Of a stretch of 64,000 nucleotides of DNA, positions 49,304 through 63,367 are shown one piece after another. Positions within the stretch are counted from its first letter, which is position 1, and the number at the start of each line of letters is the position of its first letter. Location: NCBI RefSeq assembly GCF_009914755.1, contig NC_060928.1, one strand, 5' to 3'. The notes beneath the pieces are model-generated. The model had not been told where the DNA came from. It searched no databases and saw only the letters and a program-made list of their open reading frames with translations. The translations under genes were made by a program, and so were the position numbers. The stretch is from the human T2T-CHM13v2.0 reference genome, Homo sapiens.

Positions 49304-49338
49304 TACACTTGATCTTAGCCAAAAGGCTGAGAAGCGAT
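49304..49338 (-). pseudogene. U2 snRNA 3'-truncated (tailless) retropseudogene, nt 1-35
   Basis: The - strand reads ATCGCTTCTCAGCCTTTTGGCTAAGATCAAGTGTA, the U2 5' end with one G>A change. Perfect 16-bp TSD GTATTTATAGGTTTTA at 49290-49305 and 49339-49354. Confidence 0.93.
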
Positions 49339-52300
49339 GTATTTATAGGTTTTATCCAGTTTGAATTAGCCTGAGATTGCCAAAGCAGTATGTATATTAA
49401 TATTAGATAATATGATATTTTTAAAACTTTGTCATACAGCTATCAACTTTACATATAACATCAATATTAGATATGGAAAAAACAGTGTATGTAGGCTTAT
49501 GACCCTAGAAAGTAAAATGACTACCTATTCCCATGATTTTTTAAATAAAAAAACCCTGAGATAGACCTATAAAATGCAGAAAAAGCAATAACCTGGTTTT
49601 CTTTTATCTATTTTCCCTTCAAGAAAGAAAAAGTCTACAATAAAAAATTTAAAGTTGAGGTATTAATGTGCATTTATAGAACATATTGCAATTATATGTA
49701 TATACACGCTTCACCACTTCTTAAAGGTCATTTACATTGTATCTAAGAGGTACAATATAGGAATACACATAACCTAAAACCCTTCATCTGAAAAGCTCTG
49801 ACTTCAGCAGCTGCATTGTGGAACCATCAATGAGCCAGAGGCTTATAAAATCCGAACCAGCTTGCATGAATGTTTGAAACAGTTTACACACGGTAACAAT
49901 GTCTTTGTTTTTGTTTGTCATTTTCTTTTGAAAAGCGTAGATTGCATTTTCCATTTTTCTATTCTAATATGTGTAAATTCTCATTATAAGAAAAAGTGCC
50001 TATTTGTCTTTCTCCTGGATTCATCTTTCAAAGCTGAAGCAAAATTAAATCGGGGCATCAGACATTATACAGGGGCTTGAAAGGATAAGGTTCACTTTGA
50101 GAAAGGTAATTTAATTCAGTCAAGATACATTACAATTTTCTAAAATTTTTATTAGATGTGCTGTTATATTATTCTTTTATTGTTTTTCTTTTCATTGCTA
50201 GCATTACTAGGAGGTAATGTCCACCATACTGCAGACAATGAGAGGGTATAGATGAAGTACGCTATGAAAAATATAACATTATAATATTTACTCTAATGCC
50301 AACAAGATGGTGTTTTGTGGTGATTTATTTGCTCTAATCATCCTGTGCTTCTGATAACACCTTAACTCAGTTCTGTTGTTGCTTTCATTTTACAGACAAG
50401 ACAGAAGGACCACAGCAAAGCTTGGAACTTAGATTTTTTTTTTACTACAAACCCCAGGATTTGTTCAGTCCTACTTAATTCGTTTTTTAAAGGCCATGCA
50501 TGTAAAAACAATCTCTAGGTTGAGTTACAAAGTATTTAAACATATGAAAATATATTTAAATGTATACATATATCATGATATATATCATACTTTCTTCCTT
50601 TGCGAAGAGCTGAAAATTCCTAACTTTAAGGCATACTTAACTTTCTGAAATGCAATAGCAATTACATACAAGTGTAGCTAATAGGTCTTTAGCTGCTTTT
50701 TAGAATACACATTGGTAATGACGGTGTATAACATAGAGAACATGATTAAGTAAAATAAAACAAGAAACCAAGAACCCAAATATCTATGTGTGTTCAGATT
50801 TCTTTATGTGCATGAAATATCTTACATTTTTAAGGCAAGAAAAAGTTCTTAAATATTTTGAGATAAATAGCAAAATGGTAGATTTATTATCAATTTTAAA
50901 TATAGGTTTGCCTGAGATAATTGAGTGAATCTCGGTAATTGGATTTACAGAAACCAGAAAAAAGAAATTGAAAGTAGTCACTTATTCTAAGAGGACAGAC
51001 AGGAAGAAGGACCAGAATATTGTGTTCATGATGAAAAGAACATGGTACTTTTCAAAAGAATATGAAAAACAAAATCCCTGAAATTTGCATCTTTGTAATT
51101 TCTATTGTAATTACAGAGATGTCTGTATAAATGTGAAATACATGTACACCTACTCCCCGACATATACACACACTACAATTTGATCACAAAGTCTGTATTA
51201 TCAATAGCATCACAGGCTTAACATTATTTTTCATATCCTATTTGCATAGGAAATTATCCCTTTTTTGATTAAAACAGGAAATATCTATTAGACGTTCATT
51301 GAATAAAAACTGTATTTACCTATCACATCAAAGTCTATAATGTACATAATAAGAAACAGCTTTGAAAAATACTTCACACACACTTCTTTTAACATTATAC
51401 TAGCATTTGACTAAATGTTTTGAAAAAAAGGTTCATTTTCATACAAATATTATACATTTAAGAACAGCTTTGAGAAGTCAATCCAAGATATGATGGACTT
51501 AAACATATTTAGACCATTTCACAATCTGGGGTGGAGTGACAGAGCAAGGACCGGGTATTCAGGTAAAGTCATCAGGAAGAATGTGATCCTTCCTTAACCA
51601 AATACATTGCAACTTGCCTTAAATTAAGAAACTGTAAATATTTAAGAGCAGTTAAAATGCTCTACCTTCTGAAGTAAAAATCTAAAGCTATTCTTGCAGG
51701 AATTCTACAGTGTTGTCATAATCATTTTAATTAAATTCTCATTTTTCAGGTGGTCCCTTTAATTGTTTTTTCCTACTTCTTAATGTGTTTTTCTAAAGCC
51801 ATTTCTTTTCTGCAGCTGTGTGCGATTGGTTTTAATGGTAGCTGCTTCCTTTTTTGCCTTCTGTGAATTACAATTTTAAATGGTTACACATTTTTTGTTT
51901 TACTGCCTTCAGCATAGTTTCATAAAGATGTTTAAGGCTGTTGGTGAACATTTTCATTTCCCATCTGAAAAACCAAGAGCCAATTTGAGTATTCCACATT
52001 GGCCTTTTATGACCTGTTTTATCTTTTTAATACATAAATGAAAGCATAATTTTATCAAGACTAGTTTGTTTCTATGAAATTATTATTTTTATTTTGTTCT
52101 TTTAAAATACGAATTCAATAAACAAGGTAATATGTGATTGCTCTTTTATGCTGTATCTTCATGAATAAAAACTACTTTATTTGGTGACAGCTATTTCCAA
52201 TGAAGAACTAGAATTTTTGGATCATAAGAATAGCCTATAATATGAAACATAAGATTTCATGCTTAGATTTTAATTATCAATGGTCACAAAATTGATAATG

Positions 52301-52449
52301 AGGCTATTTGGATCATTCTTAAATTATAATAAATAAAAAATACTTGATAATCCTGTCTCACTTTTACCATAACAAAAAGGTAACTTTACTGCAAAATGTT
52401 ATTCTCTACATCCTTGTAAAAGTTTACTTAAAAAATGAGTCATACTTAC

Positions 52450-52617
52450 TGCCTGGGTTATCTCCAATCCCACTGCATTTTCCATTCCAATACCACAGCA
52501 AAAGAGTTGCATCACGTGACCCTGAGAGAATGTAGCAATTTCCCCCAATATATGACTCAGAACGAGCAAGGCAAGTGACGACATCCCAATGGCCAAACAC
52601 CACTTGGATCAATCTTC
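52450..52617 (-). CDS. LRBA: LRBA coding exon (G)RLIQVVFGHWDVVTCLARSESYIGGNCYILSGSRDATLLLWYWNGKCSGIGDNPG
   Basis: cattacag|GAAGA ... CCAGGCA|gtaagt; 168 nt, phase 1; WD40 repeat. Confidence 0.96.
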
Positions 52618-53384
52618 CTGTAATGCAAAACAATTTTCTTTAAAAATGCTATTAAAAAAATAAAAATTCTAGTGAACAGATAACTTGTAAAACAACGAAG
52701 CTATATGAACTCTGATGGTCATAATTCAGATTTTATAATAATTTGACATGGTCCAACCTAACAGTTTTCTTTGCATGCTAACAAGAACAACAAAAAAACA
52801 ATTGAAAATTGTTAACATTTTTGAAAGGCATGTGTTAAAACTATTTCAACAAATAATACTTGAGGACCATGGCACTGTATCATTACAAATGGCTTCTATA
52901 AATTACAAATGAATCATGTTTACTGATTAAAGCAGGCCCAGGAGAACCCTTTTGGAACCATTTTAACACTTTCTTGAGTTACTCTATATGATTCAAAATT
53001 AAACTTAGTTGCTTTTCTGTAAAAGTACTCATAATTTAGATGTCACTAATAAAAACCTATTTCTGATTTACTGAAGATTTAATGTATTTCTTGTTTTAAG
53101 TGATCTATACAAAGACAATATAAGACACTTTGGAGAGCTTCTACCTTTTCAAATCAGGATTATATGGAAATTATGATGAAAGAACTAATATATTGTGATT
53201 GCAATTTGAGCCAGGTGATTCTTTGTCTTAATTTTCTGATGAAAATTCCTTGAGGGTGAAATCAAGATGGTAATGACTGGGGACAAAGGAGAGGAACCCA
53301 GTAAACTTACTATATATCTAGGGCTTCAAACACAGAACAGTTGTTCATGTAAAGGTGTCAGAAAAAAAGTAAAGCCCTCACCCT

Positions 53385-53696
53385 TTTTTGTTATTTTTAT
53401 TTATTTATTTTTTTGAGGCGGAGTCTCGTTCTGTCGCCCAGGCTGGAGTGTAGTGGCGCGATCTTGGCTCACTGCAAGCTCTGCTTCCCAGGTTCACGCC
53501 ATTCTCCTGCTCAGCCTCCCAGGTAGCTGGGACTACAGGCACCCACCACCACCACGCCCGGCTAATTTTTTGTATTTTTAGTAGAGACGGGGTTTCACTG
53601 TGTTAGCCAGGATGGTCTCGATCTCCTGACCTTGTAATCCACCCGCCTGGGCCTCCCAAAGTGCTGGGATTACAGGCGTGAGCCACCGTGCCCAGC
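53385..53696 (-). mobile_element. AluY
   Basis: Y diagnostics cactgcaagct, ttcacgccattct and ttagccaggatggtctcgatc; TSD agccctcacccttt on both sides. Confidence 0.92.
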
Positions 53697-55249
53697 AGCC
53701 CTCACCCTTTAAGAATCTTTGTTTAACCAGATATGGTGGTAGTAATTCACACAAACTTGTCTAAACAATTAAATAGCTGTGACAGACCCCCATTCCATCT
53801 TTAGAATTTCTAGCTTACATATTTCCTTTGAAATGTCTACAGAGTCTACAGATGAATGCCATACAATGTCTACCCTTAATATTCAGCATGGCTTTCTTTT
53901 TCTTTAAATAAGTTTTTATATTTCGATTATAAAATATAATTCCGATGTTCAAGAAAAAAAGGCTACTAAGCTGAAAATTAAATTAATATGCCTAAATAGG
54001 TTATGTGTTTAACCCGTAATACATTGTAAACTTCTTAAAAGGTTAAGGTCCCAAGTACTGGCATATCAAGTGTATTTAACTTTTCAAGATAATAAATATA
54101 AGATAATATTTACATTAAATTTTTAAAATTCTTGATTTTAATAAATCTAAGGCTTATTATGAAGGCTGAAAATTTAGAAATAAAATTCTGAAATATTATC
54201 TAAATCAGATGGAAAAGTCAAATACATGTTTTCATTCATGAGTGGCAGTCTTGCATATAGCCTACTTCTAATAAATTTAAAATCAGATTCACTTCAATCT
54301 CAAGTTGCAAAACTAATATAGTACTTTTTTTCTCCTGTGATTAAGGGAGAGCAGACTTCAAAGCAAGTGTCTCTAGCTGCTAAATGTTCAAGATGTTCAC
54401 TTTTGAATTTCTTCAGCCTTTTAAGTTGACACCAAAACATTTCATTAAAAAATAAGCTTATATCAATAAAGAATAAAAAAGAATCCAAGACCTTCAAGAA
54501 CTAAAAAAAATTGAGCAAATTAAATGTGAAATATATAATAATTTTTACTTCATTTCCAATTTACATGACAAACAGAATGTGGAGGTTCAGTGGTAAACTG
54601 GCGGGGATCAGATTACACGCAGGCCTTACATAGGATAAGACAAAAGTTAGGTAGCTGAAAGCAGTCTTATTAATAACTAGAAAATCAAAGGTTAAATCCA
54701 TGTATTTTAACTACTGAAAGAAATACATCATATATACATCATACATCATGAATACATCATATAGTGATGTGATCATAGAGTATATATATGACTTCTGCTT
54801 TAGCCTATGCCTAAATGCTGAGAGCACATAAAATATAGGTGTGATTTAAATAGATTATGTATGGGCAGGCTTATTTCAGATTTGAAACCCAACAATCAGT
54901 GGGTTGTAGGAGTGAGGAGGAGTGAAATAACTAACCAGGTACTTGAGGTAGACGACATAGAGGAAACCCAGGTGTTCTTAGTGCAGTAGGAGGCTTGCAA
55001 AGAACAGCTATTCACTTGGTAACTTAATTTCCAACTCATGTGAGGACAAAGGGAAAAAATGTAGCTGTAAAGGTGGGATGGATTAAATATAGGGGCAGAG
55101 TTTTACAAGAGTCACATGGTAATTCTCATGAGTTGAAGTCACTGCTCTGTTTCTCCAATGTCAGTGTAAGGAAACATACATTCAGTCATGGTGGTTCCTT
55201 TTCAAAATTTTTAGTGTTTTGATTGTTTTCCAAAAAGTTATCACAATTA

Positions 55250-55530
55250 GTTTTCATTCAACAAATACTTAGCACCTATTAAGTGCCAAGCATTAGGCCT
55301 TCTTACCTGTATACAGTGGTGAACAAATAGACATGGTCCCTGCCCTCATAGCCTTTACAGTCTTGTGGGGCAGACAGTCATTAAACAAACCCAGACTGGT
55401 ATATAATTATGAATAGGGATGAGTATTATAAAAGAACAAGGTTGGATTAATGACAATAACAAGATAGAACAAATTTACACTGGGTGTCAGGGAAGATCTA
55501 AATGAGAGAGTGACATTTAAGCAGTTACAT
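55250..55530 (-). mobile_element. L2 3'-end fragment
   Basis: ttcattcaacaaatacttagcacctattaagtgccaagca...gaacaaatagacatggtccctgccctcat. Confidence 0.7.
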
Positions 55531-56679
55531 CTAAAGGGTTTTATATGTTAACACAAATTAACTTTATTCTTTACAATTTATACTTTGGGCTCAACTCTGG
55601 AAAACATTATTTTTTTAAGTTTACTTTTTCCTGTTCTGGCAGCCTTCCTCAGCAATATTTGTTATTGCTATAAGGTTGAGGTTCACTCCTCCTAAATAAA
55701 TCACAGCATATAAATACCTGCTGCTCTTTTTGGTAAATTATTTTCTGATAATCTTATAAGTGTTCCTCAACCTTTATTTTTTGTTTCCTTTAATACCAGT
55801 CCACCTCTCCACACACTAATATCAAATATTACCACAAGCACTAGAATATCCCTTTTTTGACAGAACAAATTTTCTAGTTAATGTTTTATTTGACAGCTGT
55901 GCTACAAATAAAAAAATTCAAGCTCAGGACTCTGCACCACTGAATCTAAAATGTGGCCTGAAAATAATTCCGACTGCCAGGGGAAGGTTTTATTGTTGCC
56001 TCTGCTGTTCTGGTTGTGGCCCGAAAACATGATTTATGTTTAAAGAATTTCCTGTTACAATCCATGTTTCTCCTCCCTCCTCCCCAATCTAATAAGAGAA
56101 GGATTTTTTTTTTTGGCTTGTGTGCTAAAATATAATTGAATTTAACACTTGTGTTAGCTTTGCCATTATATATTACTGATCATATGATTTTCCCTTGATT
56201 CTGTGCTAAACTTAAGAAAAAATATTTAATATTCCTATTGTTGTAAAATCACAGACACATATTTACCTTAACTGAAATTATTTTAAATAAAACTAGCATC
56301 AGAGTTTTTATACAAGATATTAAGAAAGACACCAGGACTATCGTTTGAGATTTTTTTTATACAACTTTTCTGGTAAGTATAAATATTTTTATTTCACAAG
56401 CTAAGTCAGTCCCACTGAAATGAAGTTTAAGGCTATTCCTTATTTGTACGTTTTATACACACAAACACACACATTTTTAAAGACAGTACATTAGAAGGTA
56501 TTTTGAAAGAGGGAAAAGAATGACATCAGGTTTATTAAGTCTAATGTAACATGGCAAACATACTAGGAACTTAGTGTTACAAATTACAGCATTTTCCCAA
56601 AAAAATCAGTGACTGACTGGTAACACCTAGATGAGACAACATGCTATGATCACAAAGTGTGCTACATTTAAAATTTAAA

Positions 56680-56880
56680 AAGCTAGGTCCAAGGCCTACT
56701 TCTGTCACTATTAGCTACATACATTTCAACGAATTACATAATCTCTCTAAACCTCAGTTTTATTATCTGAAAAATGGGGATAAGACACCTGTCTACTTCA
56801 CAGGATTATTGTGAGACTGAAACAATATCTAGTATGTGAGAGAATTTTATAAATTCTATAAAATTGTGTGAATATAGGAT
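56680..56880 (+). mobile_element. MIR fragment
   Basis: atctctctaaacctcagttttattatctgaaaaatggggataa...acttcacaggattattgtgag. Confidence 0.7.
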
Positions 56881-57334
56881 TTTAATTATTAGTGTTATAT
56901 GAAAGTGAAGTTAGCTTTACTTTACAAATGTTAATACTGAGTGTCTTTAAAAAACAATAATATAGAATGTCAACAAACTAAAAACACTCAAATGTCAAAA
57001 CCAAAGATTGACATGGTTTGTGATTCCATTTATATGACATTCTGAAAAAGGCACAACTAAAGATGAGGAACAGATTAGTTGTTGCCAGGAGGTTGAGGGT
57101 GGGGTAAAAAGTTGACTTCTAGTAGGTGGCACAGGGTATTTGGGGGCGCTCTGCACCTTGATTGTGGTGGTGGTGAATTACTCTATGGTTTGCACTGTAA
57201 ACCAAAAAGAGTGGTTTACAGTTCTATTAGTTCTATATTACAGTGTAAAATTCATTTTCATGTTTAAAAATGTTTTAATCACTTAAAAAATATATGGAAA
57301 AACAATATGAAGTCCAAAAGAATATTTGAGAAAA

Positions 57335-57550
57335 ACTCCAGGAGTTTAAGACCACCCTGGACAACAGAGTGAGAACCCTGTCTCTATAAAAATTTAAAAA
57401 AAAAAAAAGCAAAAAAAACAAGAAATAGCTGGGTGTAGTGGCATGTGCCTGTGGTCCCAGCTACTTGGCAGGCCGACGCAGGAGGAGATCACCTGAGGCC
57501 AGGAGTTTGAGGTTGCAGTGAACTGTAACTGTGCCACTGTACTCCAACTG
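57335..57550 (+). mobile_element. Partial AluJ
   Basis: ccaggagtttaagaccaccctggacaac...gcctgtggtcccagctact...ggttgcagtgaactg. Confidence 0.8.
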
Positions 57551-58033
57551 TCTCTTATACTGTCTCCAACTGTCTTCTTTAAAATAGGCAGAAAAAAAAG
57601 ACATGTCCAAGACTCAAAGAGGAGTGTTTAGGTTCAATAGTAATCCACCCCATAGACTTAAACATCTAGTAAAAGCCCAAATAATCAAAAAGGCTTGAAT
57701 GGTGATGTTTTCTTTCCTACACCTACAGAATAAAGATGCAAACTATAAGAAAACCATGTCATCAATTCCATATAACAAACAATAAAGATTAAAAAGATGT
57801 TCAAGAACAAACTCCTTGAATAACCAAAAATTAATTGTTCTATAAACTATATTAAGGCAGGAGTATGGACTCAAACATTTTATAAAGATTATTAATAAGA
57901 CTGAAAGATGATTTACCATAAAGCATTCAAATAACTAGAAATTTTAATTTAAAAGATTTTTCAATTCCTACAACATTAAATAAAGATATATGTAGGCCTT
58001 TGTTCCAGCTGAAATATCTACTGTCATAATATA

Positions 58034-59260
58034 CAGTCATGAGCTTTATAACACAACTTTTTGGTCAACGATGGACCACATATATGATGGTGGTCCCATG
58101 ATATTATAATGAAGCTGAAAAATTCCTGTCACCTATTGACATCATAGCTGTGGTAACGTTGTAGTGCAATGCATCACTCACGTTTGTGGTGGTGCTGGTT
58201 TAAATGGACTTACTACACTGCCAGATGTATAAAGATACAGCACATACAATTATGTATAGTGCATAATACTTGATAATAAATAACTCTGTTACTGGTTTAT
58301 GTACTTATTATCCCATACTTTTTATTGTTAAAGTGTAGTCTTTCTACCTATAAAAAGAAAAAGTTGATTCTAAAATAGGCACAGGCAAACCCTTCAGGAG
58401 GTATTCCAAAAGGCAGTGTTATCACAGGAGATGAAAGCTCCATGCGTGTTCTTGCCCCTGAAGACCTTCCAGTGGGACAAGAATGTGGAGGTGGAAGACA
58501 GTGATATTGATGATCCTGACCCTATGGAGGCTTAGCCTAACTTATATGTTTTTGTCTTCGTTTTCTAAAAATTTTTTAAAATAGAAAAAAACCTATACAA
58601 TAAGGATATATAGAAAATATTTTTGTACAGTTGTACAATGTGTTTGTGTTTTAAGCTATGTGTTATTACAAGAATTGAAAAGCTTAAAATCATTAAAAAG
58701 TTTATAAAGTAAAAAAGCTTCAGTAAGCCAATTATTAGTAAAGAAAAAATTTTAAAAACAAATTTAGTGTAGTCTAAGTGTACAGAGTTTTATAAAGTCT
58801 ACAGTAGTGTACAGTCATATCCTAGGCCTTCACATTCACTCACTGCTCACTCACTGACTCACCCAGCGCAACTTCCAGTCCTGCAAGCTTCATTCATGGG
58901 AAGTGCCCTATACAGGTATGCCAGTTTTTATCTTTTATTATTATTATTTTTTACTTGCAGAAGACAATGGAATGGTTTTTATCTCTTATACCATACTTTT
59001 ACTGTAACTTTTCTATTTTTAGATGTGTTTAGACACACAGATACTTACCGTTGTGTTATAATTGCCTACAGTATCCCATATACTAGTATGCTGTACAGAT
59101 TTGTAGCCTAGGAGCAATAGGTGACCCCATATAGCCTAGGTGTATACTGGAATATCCCATCTAGTTTGTGTAAGTATACTCTATAATGCTGCACAACGAT
59201 AAAATCCCCTAACAATGCATTTATCAGAATGTATGCCTGTTGTTAAGCAACACACGACTG
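58034..59260. mobile_element. Tigger3-family (Tigger3b/Golem-like) non-autonomous DNA transposon
   Basis: TA|cagtcatg ... cacgactg|TA termini, about 1.2 kb, with the internal motif tagcctaggagcaatagg. Confidence 0.8.
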
Positions 59261-60058
59261 TAGATCAATTAGCTCTAAAGAATTAAGAGCTCATTTTAAT
59301 TATTTTAAATATCAAACTATATATTTACTATAACTTTATTTCATCCTGTAACAATTTCTAAAATATTTTAAGGGACACCATTAAATTTCTCAACGTTTCT
59401 CAATTTCTTACATGCAAAAATTTGTAAACATTTACTCAGCCGGATCTCCTACAGTAATACTGAGCTCAGCTTGGTTTGTCCCTTAGGGAGATGCATGTAA
59501 ATGAATATATAGACTGAAAATTTTTATATTTTAACAAGAGCTCCTGTCACACATAAAAGCAATAGTCAGCTACTTTTCTTCATGATGGTGTAGATTTCAG
59601 CAAGATTCTAGGCAGAATTGGGTGGAGGCAAGATATCTACTGCCAAGAGTTAGACTTAATGAGTCTTTCAAGTAGGAAAAAGAAAATCCTTTAAATAATA
59701 CAAAAGTGAGAAAATACACTTCTGTGTGTGTGCACTTGCCGTAAGATTATGCATATACTCATGCATGGTATTTACATACCAGGATTTGCCTTCAAAATGA
59801 ATCATTTATTCTGTAAGCATGAGCTTGGGTCACAAACCTATAAAAAACTGTCTCTTACAAACATGCTGTAGCAAATTTAATAGTGGACTATATATAGTAG
59901 ATTATTATTTGAAGAGGGAAAACAATGCCCTCTTCTCCCTATTTTGTAAATTTTAGGATTTTGTAATTTTTGGAAGGAAGCAGATAAGAATGCATCCTAA
60001 GCCTCTCAATACTACTTATAGTAAACTTTAGTTCACTGATAAAGAAAACGAAAATTAC

Positions 60059-60214
60059 CTGTGTCTGTAGAATAGACTCTGAAACTTTTATCCCAGAAGC
60101 CACAGACGAGAATATAGCGGTTGTCTGAAGTGATGACAAAGCACTGGGAATGCACTTGAATACTTTGGTCTAAAAGGTCAGTGATTTGCCTCCTGTGCAT
60201 TCCTGTATTGCTGG
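60059..60214 (-). CDS. LRBA: LRBA coding exon (A)SNTGMHRRQITDLLDQSIQVHSQCFVITSDNRYILVCGFWDKSFRVYSTDT
   Basis: attcttacag|CCAGC ... GACACAG|gtaatt; 156 nt, phase 1; first WD40 region after BEACH. Confidence 0.96.
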
Positions 60215-62107
60215 CTGTAAGAATAGGGAGGAAAAACAACTATTAAATCCACATGGGCAAAGAAATTCTATAGTGAGGGAGAAGAGGAGACACATTCCCA
60301 GATAAGAGTACTTGATCCTTAATTCTAAGTATAATAATTGAAAAACCGAGTAGGAAAACATATCCAATTGCTGGAAAAATGTGGGTAGCTAAATTCAATA
60401 TCTCAGTTAAAAATTTTGCTTAGAGGAAAGAAAGAATAACACACTACTATTTAAAAATAGAACACAATTCACAGAACATGCTTTCTAGCTCTTGGGCAGA
60501 ACCAAACTAGATTACAATCTCCAGATTGCATCACAGTTAGGTTTGTGTTTCTGACAATCTCATTACATTTATTGTCATGAGAATGGTTCATGTTGTGACA
60601 ATCTATTACCTTTAACATTTTGTCACAAGGAAGAGATATTAGGATTTAAATGTCATATATTTGAAATATTGTAGCATCTTGTACTACTTTGGCTTTAACG
60701 GGTCTTTAATTTGACTAGATGGGAACTCCCATTTCCCCTGTTTACAACTGCACTTGCATGTAAGGAAAGGGTAGAATGACTGTTTATTAAAGATTCCTGT
60801 AATTGAAAAAGTCAAAGCACAGCAGACTGCCACTTTCTTACTCCTTATTTAAGCAATAAAACAAGACAGCCTTGGCAGTGTGTTTCAAAGTGCTACGGTG
60901 CACCTGAGACGGGGTTTGTCACCAAGAAAAAGGTCAGACATAGAGCAACACCGAGCACATGGGAAGAGTAATAATCGTCCAGAAATACACCATCGACTGT
61001 GCCATTATCAGAAACGGAATCTTCACTGAGATGACTTTTTTGGCATTGAGGCCAACCAAATAGAAAGCTTTGTTTCTAGTGATCTAAGGGTTATTTCACC
61101 ATCATCTCTCCAGTACAAGTAAGGATTCTGATGCTGCTAAAGAAATTTGATTGTACCAGAAATCAGAACAAACAAACTTCTGCATCCGATTATTAAGCTT
61201 TTCACCATAATTTTCAATTTTTTGAAAAATCAAACATAGAAAAATATTTATATGCTATTCATTGTATGTAATAACTATATTAATGTGGGTAGTTTAATAG
61301 AAAGCTCAGGAAGTAAAACAGAAGAAAAAAAAGTATTCAAAATACTCTCCAGTGCTGTGCTGGGAGCCACTGGGGACACAGAGGACTGATGGATCTGTTG
61401 CCCTCATGGCACACACAACACGGCACACACGTACACATACATGTGCAACACTGCAGAAATTCTGCTAATGTCTGTGGACACAACCATTTAAGATTATTGG
61501 ATAACTGTTTGATAATGGAGGCTTCATATGCTTTTGGAGGATTAATGGGCTAGAAAGTGACAGCAGTAGTGAAAAGGGCAGAATCCTAGTTGGGAATCAT
61601 TTTTTCCCTCTCCTTCTAACAAAGGGAAGTTGCTGGCAGATAATAAAAGCTTTTGTGGATATCATAGTGTTACTACAGAGAGACAGTGTCCACCAACAGC
61701 AATCAAGTATCCCATTGCAATGAAGTTGTATGATACAATTTTTTTTTAAATTCCAAGAAATCTAGCAATTAAAACAAGGTATGTGGTACTTTCTGCACTG
61801 GTTACTGCAGTACTTTGTTCCACATGAGAGCTGTAAACATGTTTATTCTTGTCAGTGTTTATGTGACTTTTGCTCCTATGATATAAACTTTCGCTGAACT
61901 TTCTTGGGGGATTGGGATGATCTCTTGGGAGGACCTCAACAGATTTGGGCATGTACATAATTTTGAATTGAGTGACCACAAAGTACCCATTGGCAAAGGC
62001 TTGATGCCCCCTCAGCACACACATGAACTATTTTCTAAGCAAGTGCTTACTTGTAATTTAACATTGCCAAGTCCCCCATCCAGCTAAGGTATATTTATCT
62101 AGATAAG

Positions 62108-63360
62108 CAGTCTTCAAACTAGGGTATGCATACCCCTGGAGGTGTAAGACTTCCTAAGAGATACACAGGTTCAGAAGTTAATACCAGTAATTTTCTAATT
62201 CCTCAACTTTAATATATTCTACTGCTTGAAATTGATTTGCCTGAGAACTCTCCTGTGAGTTTTCCTTTCTTACCTCTTCTTTCTCACGCCCTTCTTCTAC
62301 TAGATAAAATAAAGACATATTTCCCTTCCACACAGAATCTTACTATGTGCTTTAGCTGAGTGTAATTTCTTGCCCCCAATAAAGGGACAATTCAAAATAC
62401 TGAGGTAATACTGAAAAGTGAATGTATAAGTATCAAATCATTCTGCAAGTCAGGTGGTTTCCAATTTACTGCTTTCAATAAAATGGAATAAGGATCCAAT
62501 CATGCTGTCAATTGGTAGATAATTAAAAATAAGTTTTAATGATAGACTGTTAAAATTATAGATTACTTAATAATAAACCATAAAAATAACTCTTAATAAT
62601 AGATCACTATATGAATTGCCACTAATGCAGAGAGTTCAAAGATTTGAGTGGTACAGTTGAAACAAAGCTCTTTCCCATCTATTTTCCTAAGTGAGTAACA
62701 CTGCTCAGAGGTTCCATCTATAAAAACAAGTAAGATAGACCTGCTGATGATGTATTTTTAATAAATGTTCATTTTATGTAAATAAACATTTATTAAACTT
62801 TATAATATAATTAAATAAATACATTAATATTTGTAATAATCACTCAATACAGATAAACTTATTTTAAAGGCTGAGCCTTATGGTCATAGGAAATTTTAAA
62901 ATTTAAATTGAACACATATGCTTAATTTTGCAAACACATTTTTATGGCTGAAAAGCATAATAGGGTAATCAATTTTTTAAAGTTAACATAAAATTATCTG
63001 GGGGAAGTAGAATGAAAATATAAATTCAAGATAAAAAAGTAATAATGTGAAATTTCCATATGTTAAGGGGTTTTCAATGTATTTTTTAGAAACAGAAAAT
63101 ATTGAATATCAATTCACTCTGATATTTAGATTCTACTGGATATATTAAAATTTTGTTTACTGAGTATCAATTCACTCTGATACTTAGATTCTATTGGATA
63201 TATTAAACAATTTTTACACTATGCCAGAATGTATAACCTTTGCAACTATTTGAACTTGTGATGAAAACTTTTAGATGTCAACTTAAAAATTGTCTGAGAG
63301 GATACATGGTTTTAAATAATTCTTTTAGGAGGTAGAAGTGTAAAGTCTGTTGACCAGTGA
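62108..63360. mobile_element. Possible degraded hAT-Charlie element
   Basis: Starts cagtcttcaaactagggtatgcatacccctgg and ends gttgaccagtg, resembling Charlie termini; AT-rich interior. Confidence 0.4.
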
Positions 63361-63367
63361 TCTAGGG

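Noticed and set aside
49304-49338. Functional U2 snRNA gene
   Set aside because: Only 35 of about 190 nt are present. There is no Sm site or recognisable PSE, and it is flanked by TSDs.
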